In this document: positions 10,731 to 22,000 of the stretch, one piece after another
Numbering within the stretch: position 1 is the first letter of the stretch
Layout of the letters: the number at the start of each line of letters is the position of its first letter
Origin: Heterodontus francisci
Lineage: Eukaryota
DNA length: 64,000 nucleotides
NCBI RefSeq assembly: GCF_036365525.1
Contig: NC_090416.1
Coordinates: 14,480,945 to 14,544,944, forward strand
Direction of reading: 5' to 3'
Notes under the pieces: model-generated
The model's database searches: none
Seen by the model: only the letters and a program-made list of their open reading frames with translations
Told to the model about the DNA's origin: nothing
Program-made: the position numbers and the translations under genes

Positions 10731-11779
10731 CGCAAGAATACCAATGTAAGTAATTATTCCTACACAGGAAGCAATGCAACCCATCAGGATCAGGTTGAAA
10801 CCTTATCAAGATAGAAAGACATAGGTTTGGCTCCTGAATATTTCCAAAGGAATGGAATGTTGCCGAAGAGGTATAATACAAAATTGTCTATTCAATAAAT
10901 CGATTGAATCCTTCATTTTAGTCCTGTCTTTCTTGCCAATGTTCCTTGCATTTCTATAGCGCCTTTCACAACCTCAAGATGTTCCAAAGTGCTTTACGGC
11001 ATAGCCAAGTACTTTTTGAAGTTATTGTTGGAGTACAAAGAAAACCGAGGCTAATTTGCGCACAGCAAGCTCCAACAAATAGCAATGTGACAATGAGCCA
11101 GATCATCTTGATTAGTTGTTGGTTCAGGGATAAATATTGTCTCTGGGACCCTGACAAGGGGTGGGGGTGGTGAGAACTTTCCCTGCTCTTCAAATAGTGC
11201 CATGGGTTCTTTAATAACCACCTGAGGGGGCAAGACAGGGCTGAATTTACTGACTGGTCCCCAACTGTAGACTAATGGAGCTGGTGTGTGCCTTTTTATA
11301 AAGAGGTTAATGGATTTGAACTCGCAACCTTCCAACTCAGGAAATGAAAGACTTACATTTATAATAGAGACTTTCACATCCTCTGACACGCTTTACAGAA
11401 TATGAAGTGCTTTTATTGAGGTGCTGTATCACTTGTACTGTGGGGAAACGTGGCAGCCAGCTACAGCACAGCAAGATCCCACAAGCAAATGCAAGAAATG
11501 ACTGGATCTTCCTATTTTCAGCTGCCTACAGGTGAGAGTGCTGCTGGCACTGCATAATCGAGTTGCAAGGACAGTGATGGGGCCAAGAAGCTCTGGCAGA
11601 TTTTAATGCCTTTTCGAGTGTTGGGTAGTTAAGAGTCAACCACATTGCTGTGGGTCTGGAATCACATTGTTGGCCCAGACTGGCTAAGGCCAGCAGAATT
11701 CATTTTTGTTTTAAGTGGACCAAATGAATTTTTAAGAAAAATAGCAATTGGGTAGTTTCATTGTTCACTATTACCGATA

Positions 11780-12561
11780 GACGGGCAAGGTTGTCTCTCA
11801 ATGCAGAAGTCAACAAGCGCATGGGAAAGGCTTCCTCTGCTATGTCCAGACTGGCCAAGAGAGTGTGGGAAAATGGCGCACTGACACAGAACACAAAAGT
11901 CCGAGTGTATCAAGCCTGTGTCCTCAGTACCTTGCTCTACGGCAGCGAGGCCTGGACAACGTATGTCAGCCAAGAGCGACGTCTCAATTCATTTCATCTT
12001 CGCTGCCTCCGGAAAATACTTGGCATCAGGTGGCAGGACCGCATCTCCAACACAGAAGTCCTCGAGGCAGCCAACATCCCCAGCTTATACACACTACTGA
12101 GTCAGCGGCGCCTGAGATGGCTTGGCCATGTGAGCCGCATGGAAGATGGCAGGATCCCCAAGGACACATTGTACAGCGAGCTCGTCACTGGTACCAGACC
12201 CACCGGCCGTCCATGTCTCCACTTTAAAGACGTCTGTAAACGCGACATGAAGTCCTGTGACATTGATCACAAGTCGTGGGAGTCAGTTGCCAGCGATCGC
12301 CAGAGCTGGCAGGCAGCCATAAAGGCGGGGATAAAGTGTGGCGAGTCGAAGAGACTTAGCAGTTGGCAGGAAAAAAGACAGAAGCGCAAGGGGAGAGCCA
12401 ACTGTGTAACAGCCCCAACAACCAATTTTAACTGCAGCACCTGTGGAAGAATCTGTCACTCTAGAATTGGCCTTTATAGCCACTCCAGGCGCTGCTCCAC
12501 AAACCACTGACCACCTCCAGGCGCTTACCCATTGTCTCTCGAGACAAGGAGGCCAAAGAAG
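11780..12561 (+). mobile_element. RTE-clade LINE, 5'-truncated 3' fragment
   Basis: ORF 11761-12510 has VYQACVLSTLLYGSEAW, RLRWLGHVSRMEDGRIPK, GRP and a C-terminal C2H2 finger CSTCGRICHSRIGLYSH. GAA-type tail; probable TSD ATTACCGATA (11770-11779) / ATTACTGATA (12562-12571). Confidence 0.9.
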
Positions 12562-12704
12562 ATTACTGATACCAGCTTTTCATTCCAAATTCATTTATTT
12601 AATTAATTAATTCTCCCCCTCCCCCAACTGCGGTGGTGGGAAGTGAACTCTGGTCTCCAAGAGCAGTCCTGATTACTAATCCGGTGATAAATCCATTACG
12701 CCAC

Positions 12705-13046
12705 TGTTCATCCAATGAGTGACGACCTTGCTAATGAACTACAAATCCCAGAAGCCCTCGCAAGGAGAGGCTGCCGGGAAAAGGCCAATGGCCCCGCCCC
12801 TCCTGCTGCGCCCCAACGGTCCGCACGAGGCCGGCGCCGGCGCAACCCAGCGTGATGCAAGTCTGGGAGGGCGGGGCCCGTCCTCCCGGAGGCGAAGGTG
12901 ATTGGAGGAACGTGTGGGGATGACGTCTCACGCAAGGGGAGAGCGGAGTCCCGATTGGAGGACGGCAGCCGTCAATCACGGTCGCAGTGCCAGCAGGTTA
13001 GTGTTTGGCGGTGGCGAGGGTGCAGAAGCTTCTAGCAAGAGAAAAG
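12705..13046 (+). promoter_or_regulatory. CCT3 CpG-island promoter
   Basis: ZNF143 SBS ACTACAAATCCCAGAAGCC 12738-12756; several CCAAT/ATTGG boxes; GC boxes; CRE-like TGACGT; HSE-like AGAAG-CTTCT-AGCAA 13024-13038. Confidence 0.8.
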
Positions 13047-16000
13047 ATGCTGGGGCGGCAAGTGTTGGTGCTGAGTGAGTGTGGAGTTTATCATCATCTC
13101 TTCGCCGGCTTGTTTTTTCCCTGTGAGGTTTTTTTTGTTGTTGAATTAATCCTTGTTTTTTTTAATGAATCCCTTCCAGGTCAGAATGTGAAGCGGGAGT
13201 CGGGCCGCAAAGTCCAGCAGGGCAACATCAACGCGGCCAAGGTGAGGCCGCCCGCACTACTCGAGTTCCGAGGCTGCATCGTGGGCCTAGGCCTGGAGGG
13301 AAGGCTGTCTGAGGGTGTTAGAGTGGGACTCGGTGCCAATTGGGGGAATAACGGGACTCGGTGCCAATTGGGGGGATAAAGGGACTCGGTGCCAATTGGG
13401 GGGATAACGGGACTCGGTGCCAATTGGGGGGATAAAGGAACTCGGTGCCAATTGGGGGGATAACGGGACTCGGTGCCAATTGGGGGGATAACGGGACTCG
13501 GTGCCAATTGGGGGGATAAAGGGACTCGGTGCCAATTGGGGGGATAACGGGACTCGGTGCCAATTGGGGGGATAACGGGACTCGGTGCCAATTGGGGGGA
13601 TAACGGGACTCGGTGCCAATTGGGGGGATAAAGGGACTCGGTGCCAATTGGGGGGATAAAGGAACTCGGTGCCAATTGGGGGGATAACGGGACTCGGTGC
13701 CAATTGGGGGGATAACGGGACTCGGTGCCAATTGGGGGGATAACGGGACTCTGTGCCAATTGGGGGGATAAAGGGACTCGGTGCCAATTGGGGGGATAAC
13801 GGGACTCTGTGCCAATTGGGGGGATAAAGGAACTCGGTGCCAATTGGGGGGATAACGGGACTCTGTGCCAATTGGGGGGATAAAGGGACTCGGTGCCAAT
13901 TGGGGGGATAACGGGACTCGGTGCCAATTGGGGGGATAAAGGGACTCGGTGCCAATTGGGGGGATAACGGGACTCGGTGCCAATTGGGGGAATAAAGGAA
14001 CTCGGTGCCAATTGGGGGGATAAAGGAACTCGGTGCCAATTGGGGGGATAAAGGGACTCGGTGCCAATTGGGGGGATAACGGGACTCGGTGCCAATTGGG
14101 GGAATAAAGGAACTCGGTGCCAATTGGGGGGATAAAGGAACTCGGTGCCAATTGGGGGGATAAAGGGACTCGGTGCCAATTGGGGGGATAACGGGACTCG
14201 GTGCCAATTGGGGGGATAAAGGAACTCGGTGCCAATTGGGGGGATAACGGGACTCGGTGCCAATTGGGGGGATAAAGGAACTCGGTGCCAATTGGGGAGA
14301 TAAAGGAACTCGGTGCCAATTGGGGGGATAACGGGACTCGGTGCCAATTGGGGGGATAAAGGAACTCGGTGCCAATTGGGGGAATAAAGGGACTCGGTGC
14401 CAATTGGGGGGATAAAGGGACTCGGTGCCAATTGGGGGGATAACGGGACTCGGTGCCAATTGGGGGGATAACGGGACTCGGTGCCAATTGGGGGGATAAA
14501 GGGACTCGGTGCCAATTGGGGGGATAACGGGACTCGGTGCCAATTGGGGGAATAAAGGAACTCGGTGCCAATTGGGGGGATAAAGGAACTCGGTGCCAAT
14601 TGGGGGGATAAAGGGACTCGGTGCCAATTGGGGGGATAACGGGACTCGGTGCCAATTGGGGGGATAAAGGAACTCGGTGCCAATTGGGGGGATAACGGGA
14701 CTCGGTGCCAATTGGGGGGATAAAGGAACTCGGTGCCAATTGGGGAGATAAAGGAACTCGGTGCCAATTGGGGGGATAACGGGACTCGGTGCCAATTGGG
14801 GGGATAAAGGAACTCGGTGCCAATTGGGGGAATAAAGGGACTCGGTGCCAATTGGGGGGATAAAGGGACTCGGTGCCAATTGGGGAGATAAAGGAACTCG
14901 GTGCCAATTGGGGGGATAAAGGAACTCGGTGCCAATTGGGGGGATAACGGGACTCGGTGCCAATTGGGGGGATAAAGGGACTCGGTGCCAATTGGGGGAA
15001 TAAAGGAACTCGGTGCCAATTGGGGGGATAAAGGAACTCGGTGCCAATTGGGGGGATAAAGGGACTCGGTGCCAATTGGGGGGATAACGGGACTCGGTGC
15101 CAATTGGGGGGATAAAGGGACTCGGTGCCAATTGGGGAGATAAAGGAACTCGGTGCCAATTGGGGGGATAAAGGAACTCGGTGCCAATTGGGGGGATAAA
15201 GGGACTCGGTGCCAATTGGGGGGATAAAGGGACTCGGTGCCAATTGGGGAGATAAAGGAACTCGGTGCCAATTGGGGGGATAAAGGAACTCGGTGCCAAT
15301 TGGGGGGATAACGGGACTCGGTGCCAATTGGGGGGATAAAGGGACTCGGTGCCAATTGGGGAGATAAAGGAACTCGGTGCCAATTGGGGGGATAAAGGGA
15401 CTCGGTGCCAATTGGGGGGATAAAGGAACTCGGTGCCAATTGGGGAGATAAAGGAACTCGGTGCCAATTGGGGGGATAAAGGAACTCGGTGCCAATTGGG
15501 GGGATAAAGGGACTCGGTGCCAATTGGGGGGATAAAGGGACTCGGTGCCAATTGGGGAGATAAAGGAACTCGGTGCCAATTGGGGGGATAAAGGAACTCG
15601 GTGCCAATTGGGGGGATAACGGGACTCGGTGCCAATTGGGGAGATAAAGGAACTCGGTGCCAATTGGGGGGATAAAGGAACTCGGTGCCAATTGGGGAGA
15701 TAACGGGACTCGGTGCCAATTGGGGAGATAAAGGAACTCGGTGCCAATTGGGGAGATAACGGGACTCGGTGCCAATTGGGGAGATAAAGGAACTCGGTGC
15801 CAATTGGGGAGATAACGGGACTCGGTGCCAATTGGGGAGATAAAGGAACTCGGTGCCAATTGGGGGAATAAAGGAACTCGGTGCCAATTGGGGAGATAAC
15901 GGGACTCGGTGCCAATTGGGGAGATAAAGGAACTCGGTGCCAATTGGGGGAATAAAGGAACTCGGTGCCAATTGGGGGAATAAAGGAACTCGGTGCCAAT

Positions 16001-19000
16001 TGGGGGGATAATGGGACTCGGTGCCAATTGGGGGGATAAAGGGACTCGGTGCCAATTGGGGGGATAACGGGACTCGGTGCCAATTGGGGAGATAACGGGA
16101 CTCGGTGCCAATTGGGGAGATAACGGGACTCGGTGCCAATTGGGGAGATAACGGGACTCGGTGCCAATTGGGGGGATAAAGGAACTCGGTGCCAATTGGG
16201 GGAATAAAGGAACTCGGTGCCAGTTGGGGGGATAATGGGACTCGGTGCCAATTGGGGAGATAACGGGACTCGGTGCCAATTGGGGAGATAAAGGAACTCG
16301 GTGCCAATTGGGGGGATAAAGGAACTCGGTGCCAATTGGGGGAATAAAGGAACTCGGTGCCAGTTGGGGGGATAATGGGACTCGGTGCCAATTGGGGAGA
16401 TAACGGGACTCGGTGCCAATTGGGGAGATAAAGGAACTCGGTGCCAATTGGGGGGATAAAGGAACTCGGTGCCAATTGGGGAGATAAAGGAACTCGGTGC
16501 CAATTGGGGAGATAACGGGACTCGGTGCCAATTGGGGGGATAAAGGGACTCGGTGCCAGTTGGGGGGATAATGGGACTCGGTGCCAATTGGGGAGATAAC
16601 GGGACTCGGTGCCAATTGGGGAGATAAAGGGACTCGGTGCCAGTTGGGGGGATAATGGGACTCGGTGCCAATTGGGGGGATAACGGGACTCGGTGCCAAT
16701 TGGGGGGATAAAGGAACTCGGTGCCAATTGGGGGAATAAAGGGACTCGGTGCCAGTTGGGGGGATAATGGGACTCGGTGCCAATTGGGGGGATAAAGGGA
16801 CTCGGTGCCAATTGGGGGGCTAAAGGGACTCGGTGCCAGTTGGGGGGCTAAAGGGACTCGGTGCCAATTGGGGGGCTAAAGGGACTCGGTGCCAATTGGG
16901 GGGATAAAGGAACTCGGTGCCAATTGGGGGGGGATAAAGGAACTCGGTGCCAGTTGGGGGGATAAAGGAACTCGGTGCCAATTGGGGGGATAAAGGAACT
17001 CGGTGCCAATTGGGGGGATAGCGGGACTCGGTGCCAATTGGAGGGCTAAAGGGACTCAGTGCCAATTGGGGAGATAACGGGACTCGGTGCCAATTGGGGA
17101 GATAACGGGACTCGGTGCCAATTGGGGGGATAACGGGACTCGGTGCCAATTGGAGGGCTAAAGGGACTCGGTGCCAATTGGGGAGATAACGGGACTCGGT
17201 GCCAATTGGGGGGATAAAGGGACTCGGTGCCAATTGGGGGGATAAAGGGACTCGGTGCCAATTGGAGGGCTAAAGGGACTCTGTGCCAATTGGGGAGATA
17301 ACGGGACTCGGTGCCAATTGGGGGGATAAAGGGACTCGGTGCCAATTGGAGGGCTAAAGGGACTCGGTGCCAATTGGGGAGATAACGGGACTCGGTGCCA
17401 ATTGGGGGGATAAAGGGACTCGGTGCCAATTGGGGGGATAAAGGGACTCGGTGCCAATTGGAGGGCTAAAGGGACTCTGTGCCAATTGGGGGGATAACGG
17501 GACTCTGTGCCAATTGGGGGGATAACGGGACTCGGTGCCAATTGGGGGGATAACGGGACTCTGTGCCAATTGGGGGGATAAAGGGACTCGGTGCCAATTG
17601 GAGGGCTAAAGGGACTCGGTGCCAATTGGGGAGATAACGGGACTCGGTGCCAATTGGGGGGATAAAGGGACTCGGTGCCAATTGGGGGGATAAAGGGACT
17701 CGGTGCCAATTGGAGGGCTAAAGGGACTCTGTGCCAATTGGGGGGATAACGGGACTCTGTGCCAATTGGGGGGATAACGGGACTCGGTGCCAATTGGGGG
17801 GATAACGGGACTCTGTGCCAATTGGGGGGATAACGGGACTCTGTGCCAATTGGAGGGCTAAAGGGACTCGGTGCCGTTTGGGAGGTGAATAACGGGACTC
17901 GGTGCCGTTTGGGAGGTGAATAACGGGAGTCGGTGCCGTTTGGGAGGTGAATAACGGGACTCGGTGTTTGTGGGATAACGGGACTCGGTGCCGTTTGGGA
18001 GGTGAATAACGGGACTCGGTGCCGTTTGGGAGGTGAATAACGGGACTCGGTGCCGTTTGGGAGGTGAATAACGGGACTCGGTGCCGTTTGGTAGGTGAAT
18101 AACGGGACTCGGTGCCGTTTGGGAGCTGAATAACGGGACTCGGTGCCGTTTGGGAGGTGAATAACGGGACTCGGTGCCGTTTGGGAGATGAATAACGGGA
18201 CTCGGTGCCGTTTGGGAGGTGAATAACGGGACTCGGTGCCGTTTTGGAAGAGCACATCAGCTTTCGACATGACAGGGCTGCTTTGTGTGTGATTCCCCTG
18301 TCTTTGACTAGCCTGCGTCAAGGTTGACGCGTCATTAATGGCCAATTGGCAAAAGCCAACTAGTGGAGCTGAAGGTATACCCCAATAAAGCAGCTGTAAA
18401 AATATTCTTCAGTAGCTTTCCAGATCTGTGCTTATCCGCATTCTTTTGTGGTTGTATCTTTCAGACAATCGCGGATGTTATTCGCACATGCCTGGGCCCA
18501 AGAGCGATGATGAAGGTACAGGAAGTATTGGACTGGATTTGTGGGGTGTGGTGCAGCAAAGTACTGAACTGTAGGGACTTGAGTTTAAAGAAAATTAAGT
18601 CGGAGAAAGAGTGAAAGTTAGGCAGTGCTTAATCATCTAAGACCAGTGGAATTAGGACAGTAATTGAAACGCCTATAGTTTATCTCTGTTCTCTTAAGTG
18701 TGTGCGATATTGTAGAAAGTAACTTGTACACTGGACTGCTAAGGTTACAAGTTCCTTCCTTTCGCCTGCCATCTGCAAACTGGTTCAATTGGGTGAGTGT
18801 ATAAAATTGAAGCTAATGTGGTATCATTTACTCCCTAGATGTTGCTGGATCCCATGGGTGGCATCGTTATGACAAATGATGGCAATGCCATCCTGCGAGA
18901 GGTAGGTGGAATCTGTCTGTAATTTAACCCGTGTCAGCATTCGGTCCGGAGTTGGGTAGACTGCTGCTCACTAGACTCAAAAATACCAGACAAATTAATT

Positions 19001-22000
19001 TCCCTTGCTCTGTCTCCATCCCCCTCTCAAAATAGCATGGGGTAGGAATGTTCGGGGTAAGGCCACAGGCAGATCTTGAAGCCCGAGCAGCTATATTCCC
19101 CCTGTTTATAGTTCTCGTTTGCCGATTTCTCTCATTTGAGTTTATGACCGTGGAGATTTGGAAAGGACCGTTGTCTCATTGTTCGGTGCTAAATTGGAAT
19201 GTCAAAATGTGTTCATATCATCAGCTTGCACTGCCTGCAAATTAATGGGAACATTGATTTTAAACTGTATATCTGGCTCTGAAGCTCTGTTACATCAACC
19301 TGTGCAGTCCATGAAGGTAATTCAAAATCATGAAGGGTTTTGATAGAGTAAATAAGGAGAAACTATTTTCACTGGCAGGAGGGCCGTTAACATAATTGTC
19401 AAAAAAAGGTCAGGGAGGAGATGAGAATTTTTTTTTACGCAGTGAGTTGTTGTGATCTGGAACGAGCTGCCTGAAAGGGAGGTGGAAGCAGATTCAATAG
19501 TAACTTTCAAAAGGGGAATTGGATAAATACTTGAAGGGGAAAAATGTGCAGGGATATGGGGAAAAGAGCGGGAGGGGGGAGTGGGCCTTACTGGATAGCT
19601 CTTTCAAAGAGCTGGCACAGGCACGATGGGCCGAATGGCCTCATGTACATTACTGCAACGATTTATTATTAATCCTGATTGAGCAGCAACATTGAACATC
19701 TTCATAGCCTCTCTGCTCTGTGTACTGATTCTGACCTCCCAGTCACATATTCTATTGAATCTCCCAGATCCAGGTGCAGCACCCAGCAGCAAAATCCATG
19801 GTTGAGATCAGCCGTACCCAGGACGAAGAAGTTGGAGATGGGACCACCTCTGTCATCATCCTTGGTACGTATGGTTGCAGTTAATGCTCAAGGGGTTTTT
19901 GACCGACTAGACCCGGTCCTTAAATTGCACTAAACTGGGGCTGTGCCTGCCTTTGAGATTACCTCAGTAAAAGCTCAGGGAGGGATAGCAGAGGTTCCAC
20001 ATAGGTGCTGGTGCATTCCTGACCTGTGCCAAAACCACCTGATTTGCACATGGAAAGAGCCAATAGCAGCCCCGGTAGATCAGGATAGTGAACTCCCAGG
20101 TCCAGGCTGTATTATGGGATCTCAGCCAGGACACTGCTTTGCTATCCCAGATCACGTAGGAGCAGGGGAAAGCCAACCAGTCGCTATCAGTTGACCCTTG
20201 ACTAGGTGGTACAGGGTGGGTCAGCCTTACGTGCAATGCACCCCTGCCGTGAAATAGTCTACCCATACTCGCATATGTGGAAAATGGGTGAGATTGTGTT
20301 GAGCACAGCCAGCTGGCTGGGGGAACAATGATGTGCTTGGTGGCAGGATGTCAATTGTACCTCTACTGCGAGTTTCCTCCATGATTGGAACTACAGGGTG
20401 CTTGAGCCCTATATCATGGTACATGATATTTGAACATATTCCCTCCCTCAGTAAACTGATAACACTTAGCTGTACATCATTTTCAGAAATTCTTCCTTTA
20501 TTTGCTTGGTTGCGTTCAGGCTGTTTCAGTTGCAGCGTATCTCAAAACTGCTAAACTTCACCCTGCAGTCGTCCTCTGATATCAAAAGGCAGTGGCATTC
20601 TGATGGTTGATGCTTGTGAAGACTTGGTGCTGAACTGATCAAAAGCAGAAAGGTGAGAGCAGGTCTGCAGGCCCATCGATACTCACCCTATCCATAGACT
20701 GCGCAACCCTTTGTTCCCTACTAGAACTGCACTAGAGAGAGAGAGAGAGTCAGTGTAAGCAGGCGATTACATCAACTTAAGCCCTGGGTATTTGCAATTA
20801 ATTGAGAGGTAGGGGTGACTCTGTTTGGGTAAATCTTCAGACAACTTGGTTTTTTTTAGCTGGAGAGATGCTGTCAGTCGCCGAGCAGTACCTCGAGCAA
20901 CAGATGCACCCGTCTGTCATCATTAGCGCTTACCACCAGGCACTCGATGACATAATTACCACCCTTAAGGAGATCAGGTATGGAGCCTTTGGTTATTTTT
21001 CTCTCACCTGCTGTTGAAGTAAGACCAAACTTGCATTTCTGTTGCGCCTTACGTGACCTCAGGGCGACACAAAGCGCTTTACTGCCAGTGAATTGCGTTT
21101 TGAAGTGCAGTCAGTGTTGTGAGGGAAGATGCAGCAACCAGTTAACACGCGAGTTCTCGCAAACAGCAGTGAGATAAGTGAGTGGATAATCTGTTATAGT
21201 GATGGTTGAGGCACAAATATTGGCCAGGACTTGGGGTAAACTCCCCCATTCTTGCGGATCTTTTATATCAAACCGAATATGTTGGATTGCCTCGTTCCAG
21301 TGCACTGTGTTAATTATGTTTTGGAACCTTAAATGTTTTGACATTTGCGGCCTTATGAAAAATGTTTCCTGCCTGGTGCTTGAGGATGTGAATAATCTTC
21401 TATTCTGTGATGTTCACCAACTGTCAGAAAATCCCATCACCCGCAACGCTTTGCTCTTTTCTCCCCCACCCCCTTTTTGCAGTACTCCTGTCGATATCAA
21501 TGACCGTGAAATGATGCTGAAAATTATTAAAAGCGCCATCAACACGAAGGTGAACAACCTACAGATTGACCTAGCCTGTAATATCGCGCTCGACGCAGTG
21601 AAGACTGTGGAGCTTGAAGAAAACGGCCGCAAGGAGATTGACATTAAGAAGTACGCCAAGGTTGAGAAGGCAAGTGGTGTTGGGGGGTGGTGGGGTGCAT
21701 AATCTCCAGCATGGCTGGGCGCTTGCTGTTTGGGATTTCTCAGTCTGGTACTCTGCACGTATCCTTGCCACCATCACCATCCACCTCCCACCTGCCTTGT
21801 AATCTCTCAGTATCCAAGGCAACTACCTGCTAAGCAGTTGTGGAGGATTGAGTGAGAGACTCTCCATTTCATTCTGTCCTGCCACCCATCCCTCCTGAAA
21901 GCAAACTCCTGCGAGGCTCCAGTTTCACCAACCCTTTGGTGTTCTTCATGTGTGTATCAGCTGTAGGAATGCCATTGGAAAGAGACCTGCCTGCTGAGTC

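Noticed and set aside
13325-18240. CRISPR-like appearance of the 28-bp array
   Set aside because: No unique spacers, head-to-tail units, no cas genes, vertebrate intron.
13181-18345. Three ORFs of 1100-1200 aa plus shorter ones on the minus strand
   Set aside because: Artefacts of a stop-free 28-bp repeat: all three frames give the same 28-aa periodic peptide, they lie antisense in a CCT3 intron, and most start at non-ATG codons.
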